Source: Eledone cirrhosa (lineage: Eukaryota). Taken from it: DNA of 64,000 nucleotides. This document shows positions 27,701 through 42,700 of this stretch, piece after piece; position 1 is the first letter of the stretch; the number at the start of each line of letters is the position of its first letter. The stretch covers positions 30,628,001-30,692,000 of the forward strand of contig OZ024762.1 of the NCBI GenBank assembly GCA_964016885.1, in the 5' to 3' direction. The position numbers and the translations under genes were made by a program. Under the pieces are notes generated by a model, which worked only from the letters and a program-made list of their open reading frames with translations, ran no database searches and was not told the DNA's origin.

Positions 27701-30700
27701 TCATGGTATTAGCTGTCAGAAGGAACTCCACTGTTGGTGAGAATTCATTTAAGTTCATGGTATTAGCTGTCAGAAGTAACTCCACTGTTGGTGAGAATTC
27801 ATTTAAGTTCATCGTACTAGCTGTCAGAAGTAACTCCAATGTTGGTGAGAATTCATTTAAGTTCATGGTATTAGCTGTCAGAAGTAACTCCACTGTTGGT
27901 GAGAATTCATTTAAGTCATGGTATTAGCTGTCAGAAGTAACTCCAATGTTGGTGAGAATTCATTTAAGTTCATGGTATTAGCTGTCAGAAGTAACTCCAC
28001 TGTTGGTGAGAATTCATTTAAGTTCATGGTATTAGCTGTCAGAAGTAACTCCACTGTTGGTGAGAATTCATTTAAGTTCATGGTACTAGCTGTCAGAAGT
28101 AACTCCACTGTTGGTGAGAATTCATTTAAGTTCATGGTATTAGCTGTCAGAAGGAACTCCACTGTTGGTGAGAATTCATTTAAGTTCATGGTATTAGCTG
28201 TCAGAAGTAACTCCACTGTTGGTGAGAATTCATTTAAGTTCATGGTACTAGCTGTCAGAAGTAACTCCAATGTTGGTGAGAATTCATTTAAGTTCATGGT
28301 ATTAGCTGTCAGAAGTAACTCCACTGTTGGTGAGAATTCATTTAAGTTCATGGTATTAGCTGTCAGAAGTAACTCCACTGTTGGTGAGAATTCATTTAAG
28401 TTCATGGTACTAGCTGTCAGAAGTAACTCCACTGTTGGTGAGAATTCATTTAAGTTCATGGTATTAGTTGTCAGAAGTAACTCCACTGTTGGTGAGAATT
28501 CATTTAAGTTCATGGTACTAGCTGTCAGAAGTAACTCCACTGTTGGTGAGAATTCATTTAAGTTCATGGTACTAGCTGTCAGAAGTAACTCCAATGTTGG
28601 TGAGAATTCATTTAAATTCATGGTATTAGCTGTCAGAAGTAACTCCACTGTTGGTGAGAATTCATTTAAGTTCATGGTACTAGCTGTCAGAAGCAACTCC
28701 ACTGTTGGTGAGAATTCATTTAAGTTCATGGTATTAGCTGTCAGAAGTAACTCCACTGTTGGTGAGAATTCATTTAAGTTCATGGTACTAGCTGTCAGAA
28801 GTAACCCCAATGTTGGTGAGAATTCATTTAAGTTCATGGTATTAGCTGTCAGAAGTAACTCCACTGTTGGTGAGAATTCATTTAAGTCATGGTATTAGCT
28901 GTCAGAAGTAACTCCCTTGTTGGTGAGAATTCATTTAAGTCATGGTACTAGCTGTCAGAAGTAACTCCACTGTTGGTGAGAATTCATTTAAGTTCATGGT
29001 ACTAGCTGTCAGAAGTAACTCCACTGTTGGTGAGAATTCATTTAAGTTCATGGTACTAGCTGTCAGAAGTAACTCCACTGTTGGTGAGAATTCATTTAAG
29101 TTCATGGTACTAGCTGTCAGAAGTAACTCCAATGTTGGTGAGAATTCATTTAAATTCATGGTATTAGCTGTCAGAAGTAACTCCACTGTTGGTGAGAATT
29201 CATTTAAGTTCATGGTACTAGCTGTCAGAAGCAACTCCACAGTTGGTGAGAATTCATTTAAGTTCATGGTATTAGCTGTCAGAAGTCACTCCACTGTTGG
29301 TGAGAATTCATTTAAGTTCATGGTACTAGCTGTCAGAAGTAACCCCAATGTTGGTGAGAATTCATTTAAGTTCATGGTATTAGCTGTCAGAAATAACTCC
29401 ACTGTTGGTGAGAATTCATTTAAGTTCATGGTATTAGTTTGTCAGAAGTAACTCCACTGTTGGTGGGAATTCATTTAAGTCATGGTATTAGTTGTCAGAA
29501 GTAACTCCAATGTTGGTGAGAATTCATTTAAGTCATGGTACTAGCTGTCAGAAGTAACTCCAATGTTGGTGAGAATTCATTTAAGTTCATGGTATTAGCT
29601 GTCAGAAGGAACTCCACTGTTGGTGAGAATTCATTTAAGTTCATGGTATTAGCTGTCAGAAGTAACTCCACTGTTGGTGAGAATTCATTTAAGTTCATGG
29701 TATTAGCTGTCAGAAGTAACTCCACTGTTGGTGAGAATTCATTTAAGTTCATGGTACTAGCTGTCAGAAGTAACCCCAATGTTGGTGAGAATTCATTTAA
29801 GTTCATGGTATTAGCTGTCAGAAGTAACTCCACTGTTGGTGAGAATTCATTTAAGTTCATGGTATTAGCTGTCAGAAGTAACTCCACTGTTGGTGAGAAT
29901 TCATTTAAGTTCATGGTACTAGCTGTCAGAAGAAACTCCACTGTTGGTGAGAATTCATTTAAGTTCATGGTATTAGCTGTCAGAAGGAACTCCACTGTTG
30001 GTGAGAATTCATTTAAGTTCATGGTATTAGCTGTCAGAAGTAACTCCACTGTTGGTGAGAATTCATTTAAGTTCATGGTACTAGCTGTCAGAAGTAACTC
30101 CAATGTTGGTGAGAATTCATTTAAGTTCATGGTATTAGCTGTCAGAAGTAACTCCACTGTTGGTGAGAATTCATTTAAGTTCATGGTATTAGCTGTCAGA
30201 AGTAACTCCACTGTTGGTGAGAATTCATTTAAGTTCATGGTACTAGCTGTCAGAAGTAACTCCACTGTTGGTGAGAATTCATTTAAGTTCATGGTATTAG
30301 TTGTCAGAAGTAACTCCACTGTTGGTGAGAATTCATTTAAGTTCATGGTACTAGCTGTCAGAAGTAACTCCACTGTTGGTGAGAATTCATTTAAGTTCAT
30401 GGTACTAGCTGTCAGAAGTAACTCCAATGTTGGTGAGAATTCATTTAAATTCATGGTATTAGCTGTCAGAAGTAACTCCACTGTTGGTGAGAATTCATTT
30501 AAGTTCATGGTACTAGCTGTCAGAAGCAACTCCACTGTTGGTGAGAATTCATTTAAGTTCATGGTATTAGCTGTCAGAAGTAACTCCACTGTTGGTGAGA
30601 ATTCATTTAAGTTCATGGTACTAGCTGTCAGAAGTAACCCCAATGTTGGTGAGAATTCCTTTAAGTTCATGGTATTAACTGTCAGAAGTCACTCCAATGT

Positions 30701-33700
30701 TGGTGAGAATTCATTTAAGTTCATGGTATTAGCTGTCAGAAGTCACTCCACTGTTGGTGAGAATTCATTTAAGTTCATGGTACTAGCTGTCAGAAGTAAC
30801 CCCAATGTTGGTGAGAATTCATTTAAGTTCATGGTATTAGCTGTCAGAAGTAACTCCACTGTTGGTGAGAATTCATTTAAGTTCATGGTATTAGCTGTCA
30901 GAAGTAACTCCACTGTTGGTGAGAATTCATTTAAGTTCATGGTATTAGCTGTCAGAAGTAACTCCAATGTTGGTGAGAATTCATTTAAGTTCATGGTACT
31001 AGCTGTCAGAAGTAACTCCACTGTTGGTGAGAATTCATTTAAGTTCATGGTATTAGCTGTCAGAAGTAACTCCACTGTTGGTGAGAATTCATTTAAGTCA
31101 TGGTATTAGCTGTCAGAAGTAACTCCCTTGTTGGTGAGAATTCATTTAAGTCATGGTACTAGCTGTCAGAAGTAACTCCACTGTTGGTGAGAATTCATTT
31201 AAGTTCATGGTACTAGCTGTCAGAAGTAACTCCACTGTTGGTGAGAATTCATTTAAGTTCATGGTACTAGCTGTCAGAAGTAACTCCACTGTTGGTGAGA
31301 ATTCATTTAAGTTCATGGTACTAGCTGTCAGAAGTAACTCCAATGTTGGTGAGAATTCATTTAAATTCATGGTATTAGCTGTCAGAAGTAACTCCACTGT
31401 TGGTGAGAATTCATTTAAGTTCATGGTACTAGCTGTCAGAAGCAACTCCACAGTTGGTGAGAATTCATTTAAGTTCATGGTATTAGCTGTCAGAAGTCAC
31501 TCCACTGTTGGTGAGAATTCATTTAAGTTCATGGTACTAGCTGTCAGAAGTAACCCCAATGTTGGTGAGAATTCATTTAAGTTCATGGTATTAGCTGTCA
31601 GAAATAACTCCACTGTTGGTGAGAATTCATTTAAGTTCATGGTATTAGTTTGTCAGAAGTAACTCCACTGTTGGTGGGAATTCATTTAAGTCATGGTATT
31701 AGTTGTCAGAAGTAACTCCAATGTTGGTGAGAATTCATTTAAGTCATGGTACTAGCTGTCAGAAGTAACTCCAATGTTGGTGAGAATTCATTTAAGTTCA
31801 TGGTATTAGCTGTCAGAAGGAACTCCACTGTTGGTGAGAATTCATTTAAGTTCATGGTATTAGCTGTCAGAAGTAACTCCACTGTTGGTGAGAATTCATT
31901 TAAGTTCATGGTATTAGCTGTCAGAAGTAACTCCACTGTTGGTGAGAATTCATTTAAGTTCATGGTACTAGCTGTCAGAAGTAACCCCAATGTTGGTGAG
32001 AATTCCTTTAAGTTCATGGTATTAACTGTCAGAAGTCACTCCAATGTTGGTGAGAATTCATTTAAGTTCATGGTATTAGCTGTCAGAAGTCACTCCACTG
32101 TTGGTGAGAATTCATTTAAGTTCATGGTACTAGCTGTCAGAAGTAACCCCAATGTTGGTGAGAATTCATTTAAGTTCATGGTATTAGCTGTCAGAAGTAA
32201 CTCCACTGTTGGTGAGAATTCATTTAAGTTCATGGTATTAGCTGTCAGAAGTAACTCCACTGTTGGTGAGAATTCATTTAAGTTCATGGTATTAGCTGTC
32301 AGAAGTAACTCCAATGTTGGTGAGAATTCATTTAAGTTCATGGTACTAGCTGTCAGAAGTAACTCCACTGTTGGTGAGAATTCATTTAAGTTCATGGTAT
32401 TAGCTGTCAGAAGTAACTCCACTGTTGGTGAGAATTCATTTAAGTCATGGTATTAGCTGTCAGAAGTAACTCCCTTGTTGGTGAGAATTCATTTAAGTCA
32501 TGGTACTAGCTGTCAGAAGTAACTCCACTGTTGGTGAGAATTCATTTAAGTTCATGGTACTAGCTGTCAGAAGTAACTCCACTGTTGGTGAGAATTCATT
32601 TAAGTTCATGGTACTAGCTGTCAGAAGTAACTCCCTTGTTGGTGAGAATTCATTTAAGTCATGGTACTAGCTGTCAGAAGTAACTCCACTGTTGGTGAGA
32701 ATTCATTTAAGTTCATGGTACTAGCTGTCAGAAGTAACTCCACTGTTGGTGAGAATTCATTTAAGTTCATGGTACTAGCTGTCAGAAGTAACTCCACTGT
32801 TGGTGAGAATTCATTTAAGTTCATGGTACTAGCTGTCAGAAGTAACTCCAATGTTGGTGAGAATTCATTTAAGTTCATGGTACTAGCTGTCAGAAGTAAC
32901 TCCACTGTTGGTGAGAATTCATTTAAGTTCATGGTACTAGCTGTCAGAAGTAACTCCACTGTTGGTGAGAATTCATTTAAGTTCATGGTACTAGCTGTCA
33001 GAAGTAACTCCAATGTTGGTGAGAATTCATTTAAATTCATGGTATTAGCTGTCAGAAGTAACTCCACTGTTGGTGAGAATTCATTTAAGTTCATGGTATT
33101 AGCTGTCAGAAGTAACTCCAATGTTGGTGAGAATTCATTTAAATTCATGGTATTAGCTGTCAGAAGGAACTCCACTGTTGGTGAGAATTCATTTAAGTTC
33201 ATGGTATTAGCTGTCAGAAGTAACTCCACTGTTGGTGAGAATTCATTTAAGTTCATCGTACTAGCTGTCAGAAGTAACTCCAATGTTGGTGAGAATTCAT
33301 TTAAGTTCATGGTATTAGCTGTCAGAAGTAACTCCACTGTTGGTGAGAATTCATTTAAGTCATGGTATTAGCTGTCAGAAGTAACTCCAATGTTGGTGAG
33401 AATTCATTTAAGTTCATGGTATTAGCTGTCAGAAGTAACTCCACTGTTGGTGAGAATTCATTTAAGTTCATGGTATTAGCTGTCAGAAGTAACTCCACTG
33501 TTGGTGAGAATTCATTTAAGTTCATGGTACTAGCTGTCAGAAGTAACTCCACTGTTGGTGAGAATTCATTTAAGTTCATGGTATTAGCTGTCAGAAGGAA
33601 CTCCACTGTTGGTGAGAATTCATTTAAGTTCATGGTATTAGCTGTCAGAAGTAACTCCACTGTTGGTGAGAATTCATTTAAGTTCATGGTACTAGCTGTC

Positions 33701-36700
33701 AGAAGTAACTCCAATGTTGGTGAGAATTCATTTAAGTTCATGGTATTAACTGTCAGAAGTCACTCCAATGTTGGTGAGAATTCATTTAAGTTCATGGTAT
33801 TAGCTGTCAGAAGTCACTCCACTGTTGGTGAGAATTCATTTAAGTTCATGGTACTAGCTGTCAGAAGTAACCCCAATGTTGGTGAGAATTCATTTAAGTT
33901 CATGGTATTAGCTGTCAGAAGTAACTCCACTGTTGGTGAGAATTCATTTAAGTTCATGGTATTAGCTGTCAGAAGTAACTCCACTGTTGGTGAGAATTCA
34001 TTTAAGTTCATGGTATTAGCTGTCAGAAGTAACTCCAATGTTGGTGAGAATTCATTTAAGTTCATGGTACTAGCTGTCAGAAGTAACTCCACTGTTGGTG
34101 AGAATTCATTTAAGTTCATGGTATTAGCTGTCAGAAGTAACTCCACTGTTGGTGAGAATTCATTTAAGTCATGGTATTAGCTGTCAGAAGTAACTCCCTT
34201 GTTGGTGAGAATTCATTTAAGTCATGGTACTAGCTGTCAGAAGTAACTCCACTGTTGGTGAGAATTCATTTAAGTTCATGGTACTAGCTGTCAGAAGTAA
34301 CTCCACTGTTGGTGAGAATTCATTTAAGTTCATGGTACTAGCTGTCAGAAGTAACTCCACTGTTGGTGAGAATTCATTTAAGTTCATGGTACTAGCTGTC
34401 AGAAGTAACTCCAATGTTGGTGAGAATTCATTTAAATTCATGGTATTAGCTGTCAGAAGTAACTCCACTGTTGGTGAGAATTCATTTAAGTTCATGGTAC
34501 TAGCTGTCAGAAGCAACTCCACAGTTGGTGAGAATTCATTTAAGTTCATGGTATTAGCTGTCAGAAGTCACTCCACTGTTGGTGAGAATTCATTTAAGTT
34601 CATGGTACTAGCTGTCAGAAGTAACCCCAATGTTGGTGAGAATTCATTTAAGTTCATGGTATTAGCTGTCAGAAATAACTCCACTGTTGGTGAGAATTCA
34701 TTTAAGTTCATGGTATTAGTTTGTCAGAAGTAACTCCACTGTTGGTGGGAATTCATTTAAGTCATGGTATTAGTTGTCAGAAGTAACTCCAATGTTGGTG
34801 AGAATTCATTTAAGTCATGGTACTAGCTGTCAGAAGTAACTCCAATGTTGGTGAGAATTCATTTAAGTTCATGGTATTAGCTGTCAGAAGGAACTCCACT
34901 GTTGGTGAGAATTCATTTAAGTTCATGGTATTAGCTGTCAGAAGTAACTCCACTGTTGGTGAGAATTCATTTAAGTTCATGGTATTAGCTGTCAGAAGTA
35001 ACTCCACTGTTGGTGAGAATTCATTTAAGTTCATGGTACTAGCTGTCAGAAGTAACCCCAATGTTGGTGAGAATTCCTTTAAGTTCATGGTATTAACTGT
35101 CAGAAGTCACTCCAATGTTGGTGAGAATTCATTTAAGTTCATGGTATTAGCTGTCAGAAGTCACTCCACTGTTGGTGAGAATTCATTTAAGTTCATGGTA
35201 CTAGCTGTCAGAAGTAACCCCAATGTTGGTGAGAATTCATTTAAGTTCATGGTATTAGCTGTCAGAAGTAACTCCACTGTTGGTGAGAATTCATTTAAGT
35301 TCATGGTATTAGCTGTCAGAAGTAACTCCACTGTTGGTGAGAATTCATTTAAGTTCATGGTATTAGCTGTCAGAAGTAACTCCAATGTTGGTGAGAATTC
35401 ATTTAAGTTCATGGTACTAGCTGTCAGAAGTAACTCCACTGTTGGTGAGAATTCATTTAAGTTCATGGTATTAGCTGTCAGAAGTAACTCCACTGTTGGT
35501 GAGAATTCATTTAAGTCATGGTATTAGCTGTCAGAAGTAACTCCCTTGTTGGTGAGAATTCATTTAAGTCATGGTACTAGCTGTCAGAAGTAACTCCACT
35601 GTTGGTGAGAATTCATTTAAGTTCATGGTACTAGCTGTCAGAAGTAACTCCACTGTTGGTGAGAATTCATTTAAGTTCATGGTATTAGCTGTCAGAAGGA
35701 ACTCCACTGTTGGTGAGAATTCATTTAAGTTCATGGTATTAGCTGTCAGAAGTAACTCCACTGTTGGTGAGAATTCATTTAAGTTCATGGTACTAGCTGT
35801 CAGAAGTAACTCCAATGTTGGTGAGAATTCATTTAAGTTCATGGTATTAACTGTCAGAAGTCACTCCAATGTTGGTGAGAATTCATTTAAGTTCATGGTA
35901 TTAGCTGTCAGAAGTCACTCCACTGTTGGTGAGAATTCATTTAAGTTCATGGTACTAGCTGTCAGAAGTAACCCCAATGTTGGTGAGAATTCATTTAAGT
36001 TCATGGTATTAGCTGTCAGAAGTAACTCCACTGTTGGTGAGAATTCATTTAAGTTCATGGTATTAGCTGTCAGAAGTAACTCCACTGTTGGTGAGAATTC
36101 ATTTAAGTTCATGGTATTAGCTGTCAGAAGTAACTCCAATGTTGGTGAGAATTCATTTAAGTTCATGGTACTAGCTGTCAGAAGTAACTCCACTGTTGGT
36201 GAGAATTCATTTAAGTTCATGGTATTAGCTGTCAGAAGTAACTCCACTGTTGGTGAGAATTCATTTAAGTCATGGTATTAGCTGTCAGAAGTAACTCCCT
36301 TGTTGGTGAGAATTCATTTAAGTCATGGTACTAGCTGTCAGAAGTAACTCCACTGTTGGTGAGAATTCATTTAAGTTCATGGTACTAGCTGTCAGAAGTA
36401 ACTCCACTGTTGGTGAGAATTCATTTAAGTTCATGGTACTAGCTGTCAGAAGTAACTCCACTGTTGGTGAGAATTCATTTAAGTTCATGGTACTAGCTGT
36501 CAGAAGTAACTCCAATGTTGGTGAGAATTCATTTAAATTCATGGTATTAGCTGTCAGAAGTAACTCCACTGTTGGTGAGAATTCATTTAAGTTCATGGTA
36601 CTAGCTGTCAGAAGCAACTCCACAGTTGGTGAGAATTCATTTAAGTTCATGGTATTAGCTGTCAGAAGTCACTCCACTGTTGGTGAGAATTCATTTAAGT

Positions 36701-39700
36701 TCATGGTACTAGCTGTCAGAAGTAACCCCAATGTTGGTGAGAATTCATTTAAGTTCATGGTATTAGCTGTCAGAAATAACTCCACTGTTGGTGAGAATTC
36801 ATTTAAGTTCATGGTATTAGTTTGTCAGAAGTAACTCCACTGTTGGTGGGAATTCATTTAAGTCATGGTATTAGTTGTCAGAAGTAACTCCAATGTTGGT
36901 GAGAATTCATTTAAGTCATGGTACTAGCTGTCAGAAGTAACTCCAATGTTGGTGAGAATTCATTTAAGTTCATGGTATTAGCTGTCAGAAGGAACTCCAC
37001 TGTTGGTGAGAATTCATTTAAGTTCATGGTATTAGCTGTCAGAAGTAACTCCACTGTTGGTGAGAATTCATTTAAGTTCATGGTATTAGCTGTCAGAAGT
37101 AACTCCACTGTTGGTGAGAATTCATTTAAGTTCATGGTACTAGCTGTCAGAAGTAACCCCAATGTTGGTGAGAATTCCTTTAAGTTCATGGTATTAACTG
37201 TCAGAAGTCACTCCAATGTTGGTGAGAATTCATTTAAGTTCATGGTATTAGCTGTCAGAAGTCACTCCACTGTTGGTGAGAATTCATTTAAGTTCATGGT
37301 ACTAGCTGTCAGAAGTAACCCCAATGTTGGTGAGAATTCATTTAAGTTCATGGTATTAGCTGTCAGAAGTAACTCCACTGTTGGTGAGAATTCATTTAAG
37401 TTCATGGTATTAGCTGTCAGAAGTAACTCCACTGTTGGTGAGAATTCATTTAAGTTCATGGTATTAGCTGTCAGAAGTAACTCCAATGTTGGTGAGAATT
37501 CATTTAAGTTCATGGTACTAGCTGTCAGAAGTAACTCCACTGTTGGTGAGAATTCATTTAAGTTCATGGTATTAGCTGTCAGAAGTAACTCCACTGTTGG
37601 TGAGAATTCATTTAAGTCATGGTATTAGCTGTCAGAAGTAACTCCCTTGTTGGTGAGAATTCATTTAAGTCATGGTACTAGCTGTCAGAAGTAACTCCAC
37701 TGTTGGTGAGAATTCATTTAAGTTCATGGTACTAGCTGTCAGAAGTAACTCCACTGTTGGTGAGAATTCATTTAAGTTCATGGTACTAGCTGTCAGAAGT
37801 AACTCCCTTGTTGGTGAGAATTCATTTAAGTCATGGTACTAGCTGTCAGAAGTAACTCCACTGTTGGTGAGAATTCATTTAAGTTCATGGTACTAGCTGT
37901 CAGAAGTAACTCCACTGTTGGTGAGAATTCATTTAAGTTCATGGTACTAGCTGTCAGAAGTAACTCCACTGTTGGTGAGAATTCATTTAAGTTCATGGTA
38001 CTAGCTGTCAGAAGTAACTCCAATGTTGGTGAGAATTCATTTAAGTTCATGGTACTAGCTGTCAGAAGTAACTCCACTGTTGGTGAGAATTCATTTAAGT
38101 TCATGGTACTAGCTGTCAGAAGTAACTCCACTGTTGGTGAGAATTCATTTAAGTTCATGGTACTAGCTGTCAGAAGTAACTCCAATGTTGGTGAGAATTC
38201 ATTTAAATTCATGGTATTAGCTGTCAGAAGTAACTCCACTGTTGGTGAGAATTCATTTAAGTTCATGGTATTAGCTGTCAGAAGTAACTCCAATGTTGGT
38301 GAGAATTCATTTAAATTCATGGTATTAGCTGTCAGAAGGAACTCCACTGTTGGTGAGAATTCATTTAAGTTCATGGTATTAGCTGTCAGAAGTAACTCCA
38401 CTGTTGGTGAGAATTCATTTAAGTTCATCGTACTAGCTGTCAGAAGTAACTCCAATGTTGGTGAGAATTCATTTAAGTTCATGGTATTAGCTGTCAGAAG
38501 TAACTCCACTGTTGGTGAGAATTCATTTAAGTCATGGTATTAGCTGTCAGAAGTAACTCCAATGTTGGTGAGAATTCATTTAAGTTCATGGTATTAGCTG
38601 TCAGAAGTAACTCCACTGTTGGTGAGAATTCATTTAAGTTCATGGTATTAGCTGTCAGAAGTAACTCCACTGTTGGTGAGAATTCATTTAAGTTCATGGT
38701 ACTAGCTGTCAGAAGTAACTCCACTGTTGGTGAGAATTCATTTAAGTTCATGGTATTAGCTGTCAGAAGGAACTCCACTGTTGGTGAGAATTCATTTAAG
38801 TTCATGGTATTAGCTGTCAGAAGTAACTCCACTGTTGGTGAGAATTCATTTAAGTTCATGGTACTAGCTGTCAGAAGTAACTCCAATGTTGGTGAGAATT
38901 CATTTAAGTTCATGGTATTAGCTGTCAGAAGTAACTCCACTGTTGGTGAGAATTCATTTAAGTTCATGGTATTAGCTGTCAGAAGTAACTCCACTGTTGG
39001 TGAGAATTCATTTAAGTTCATGGTACTAGCTGTCAGAAGTAACTCCACTGTTGGTGAGAATTCATTTAAGTTCATGGTATTAGTTGTCAGAAGTAACTCC
39101 ACTGTTGGTGAGAATTCATTTAAGTTCATGGTACTAGCTGTCAGAAGTAACTCCACTGTTGGTGAGAATTCATTTAAGTTCATGGTACTAGCTGTCAGAA
39201 GTAACTCCACTGTTGGTGAGAATTCATTTAAGTTCATGGTACTAGCTGTCAGAAGTAACTCCACTGTTGGTGAGAATTCATTTAAGTTCATGGTACTAGC
39301 TGTCAGAAGTAACTCCAATGTTGGTGAGAATTCATTTAAATTCATGGTATTAGCTGTCAGAAGTAACTCCACTGTTGGTGAGAATTCATTTAAGTTCATG
39401 GTATTAGCTGTCAGAAGTAACTCCAATGTTGGTGAGAATTCATTTAAATTCATGGTATTAGCTGTCAGAAGGAACTCCACTGTTGGTGAGAATTCATTTA
39501 AGTTCATGGTATTAGCTGTCAGAAGTAACTCCACTGTTGGTGAGAATTCATTTAAGTTCATCGTACTAGCTGTCAGAAGTAACTCCAATGTTGGTGAGAA
39601 TTCATTTAAGTTCATGGTATTAGCTGTCAGAAGTAACTCCACTGTTGGTGAGAATTCATTTAAGTCATGGTATTAGCTGTCAGAAGTAACTCCAATGTTG

Positions 39701-42700
39701 GTGAGAATTCATTTAAGTTCATGGTATTAGCTGTCAGAAGTAACTCCACTGTTGGTGAGAATTCATTTAAGTTCATGGTATTAGCTGTCAGAAGTAACTC
39801 CACTGTTGGTGAGAATTCATTTAAGTTCATGGTACTAGCTGTCAGAAGTAACTCCACTGTTGGTGAGAATTCATTTAAGTTCATGGTATTAGCTGTCAGA
39901 AGGAACTCCACTGTTGGTGAGAATTCATTTAAGTTCATGGTATTAGCTGTCAGAAGTAACTCCACTGTTGGTGAGAATTCATTTAAGTTCATGGTACTAG
40001 CTGTCAGAAGTAACTCCAATGTTGGTGAGAATTCATTTAAGTTCATGGTATTAGCTGTCAGAAGTAACTCCACTGTTGGTGAGAATTCATTTAAGTTCAT
40101 GGTATTAGCTGTCAGAAGTAACTCCACTGTTGGTGAGAATTCATTTAAGTTCATGGTACTAGCTGTCAGAAGTAACTCCACTGTTGGTGAGAATTCATTT
40201 AAGTTCATGGTATTAGTTGTCAGAAGTAACTCCACTGTTGGTGAGAATTCATTTAAGTTCATGGTACTAGCTGTCAGAAGTAACTCCACTGTTGGTGAGA
40301 ATTCATTTAAGTTCATGGTACTAGCTGTCAGAAGTAACTCCAATGTTGGTGAGAATTCATTTAAATTCATGGTATTAGCTGTCAGAAGTAACTCCACTGT
40401 TGGTGAGAATTCATTTAAGTTCATGGTACTAGCTGTCAGAAGCAACTCCACTGTTGGTGAGAATTCATTTAAGTTCATGGTATTAGCTGTCAGAAGTAAC
40501 TCCACTGTTGGTGAGAATTCATTTAAGTTCATGGTACTAGCTGTCAGAAGTAACCCCAATGTTGGTGAGAATTCCTTTAAGTTCATGGTATTAACTGTCA
40601 GAAGTCACTCCAATGTTGGTGAGAATTCATTTAAGTTCATGGTATTAGCTGTCAGAAGTCACTCCACTGTTGGTGAGAATTCATTTAAGTTCATGGTACT
40701 AGCTGTCAGAAGTAACCCCAATGTTGGTGAGAATTCATTTAAGTTCATGGTATTAGCTGTCAGAAGTAACTCCACTGTTGGTGAGAATTCATTTAAGTTC
40801 ATGGTATTAGCTGTCAGAAGTAACTCCACTGTTGGTGAGAATTCATTTAAGTTCATGGTATTAGCTGTCAGAAGTAACTCCAATGTTGGTGAGAATTCAT
40901 TTAAGTTCATGGTACTAGCTGTCAGAAGTAACTCCACTGTTGGTGAGAATTCATTTAAGTTCATGGTATTAGCTGTCAGAAGTAACTCCACTGTTGGTGA
41001 GAATTCATTTAAGTCATGGTATTAGCTGTCAGAAGTAACTCCCTTGTTGGTGAGAATTCATTTAAGTCATGGTACTAGCTGTCAGAAGTAACTCCACTGT
41101 TGGTGAGAATTCATTTAAGTTCATGGTACTAGCTGTCAGAAGTAACTCCACTGTTGGTGAGAATTCATTTAAGTTCATGGTACTAGCTGTCAGAAGTAAC
41201 TCCACTGTTGGTGAGAATTCATTTAAGTTCATGGTACTAGCTGTCAGAAGTAACTCCAATGTTGGTGAGAATTCATTTAACTTCATGGTATTAGCTGTCA
41301 GAAGTAACTCCACTGTTGGTGAGAATTCATTTAAGTTCATGGTACTAGCTGTCAGAAGCAACTCCACAGTTGGTGAGAATTCATTTAAGTTCATGGTATT
41401 AGCTGTCAGAAGTCACTCCACTGTTGGTGAGAATTCATTTAAGTTCATGGTACTAGCTGTCAGAAGTAACCCCAATGTTGGTGAGAATTCATTTAAGTTC
41501 ATGGTATTAGCTGTCAGAAATAACTCCACTGTTGGTGAGAATTCATTTAAGTTCATGGTATTAGTTTGTCAGAAGTAACTCCACTGTTGGTGGGAATTCA
41601 TTTAAGTCATGGTATTAGTTGTCAGAAGTAACTCCAATGTTGGTGAGAATTCATTTAAGTCATGGTACTAGCTGTCAGAAGTAACTCCAATGTTGGTGAG
41701 AATTCATTTAAGTTCATGGTATTAGCTGTCAGAAGGAACTCCACTGTTGGTGAGAATTCATTTAAGTTCATGGTATTAGCTGTCAGAAGTAACTCCACTG
41801 TTGGTGAGAATTCATTTAAGTTCATGGTATTAGCTGTCAGAAGTAACTCCACTGTTGGTGAGAATTCATTTAAGTTCATGGTACTAGCTGTCAGAAGTAA
41901 CCCCAATGTTGGTGAGAATTCCTTTAAGTTCATGGTATTAACTGTCAGAAGTCACTCCAATGTTGGTGAGAATTCATTTAAGTTCATGGTATTAGCTGTC
42001 AGAAGTCACTCCACTGTTGGGGAGAATTCATTTAAGTTCATGGTACTAGCTGTCAGAAGTAACCCCAATGTTGGTGAGAATTCATTTAAGTTCATGGTAT
42101 TAGCTGTCAGAAGTAACTCCACTGTTGGTGAGAATTCATTTAAGTTCATGGTATTAGCTGTCAGAAGTAACTCCACTGTTGGTGAGAATTCATTTAAGTT
42201 CATGGTATTAGCTGTCAGAAGTAACTCCAATGTTGGTGAGAATTCATTTAAGTTCATGGTACTAGCTGTCAGAAGTAACTCCACTGTTGGTGAGAATTCA
42301 TTTAAGTTCATGGTATTAGCTGTCAGAAGTAACTCCACTGTTGGTGAGAATTCATTTAAGTCATGGTATTAGCTGTCAGAAGTAACTCCCTTGTTGGTGA
42401 GAATTCATTTAAGTCATGGTACTAGCTGTCAGAAGTAACTCCACTGTTGGTGAGAATTCATTTAAGTTCATGGTACTAGCTGTCAGAAGTAACTCCACTG
42501 TTGGTGAGAATTCATTTAAGTTCATGGTACTAGCTGTCAGAAGTAACTCCACTGTTGGTGAGAATTCATTTAAGTTCATGGTACTAGCTGTCAGAAGTAA
42601 CTCCAATGTTGGTGAGAATTCATTTAAATTCATGGTATTAGCTGTCAGAAGTAACTCCACTGTTGGTGAGAATTCATTTAAGTTCATGGTACTAGCTGTC

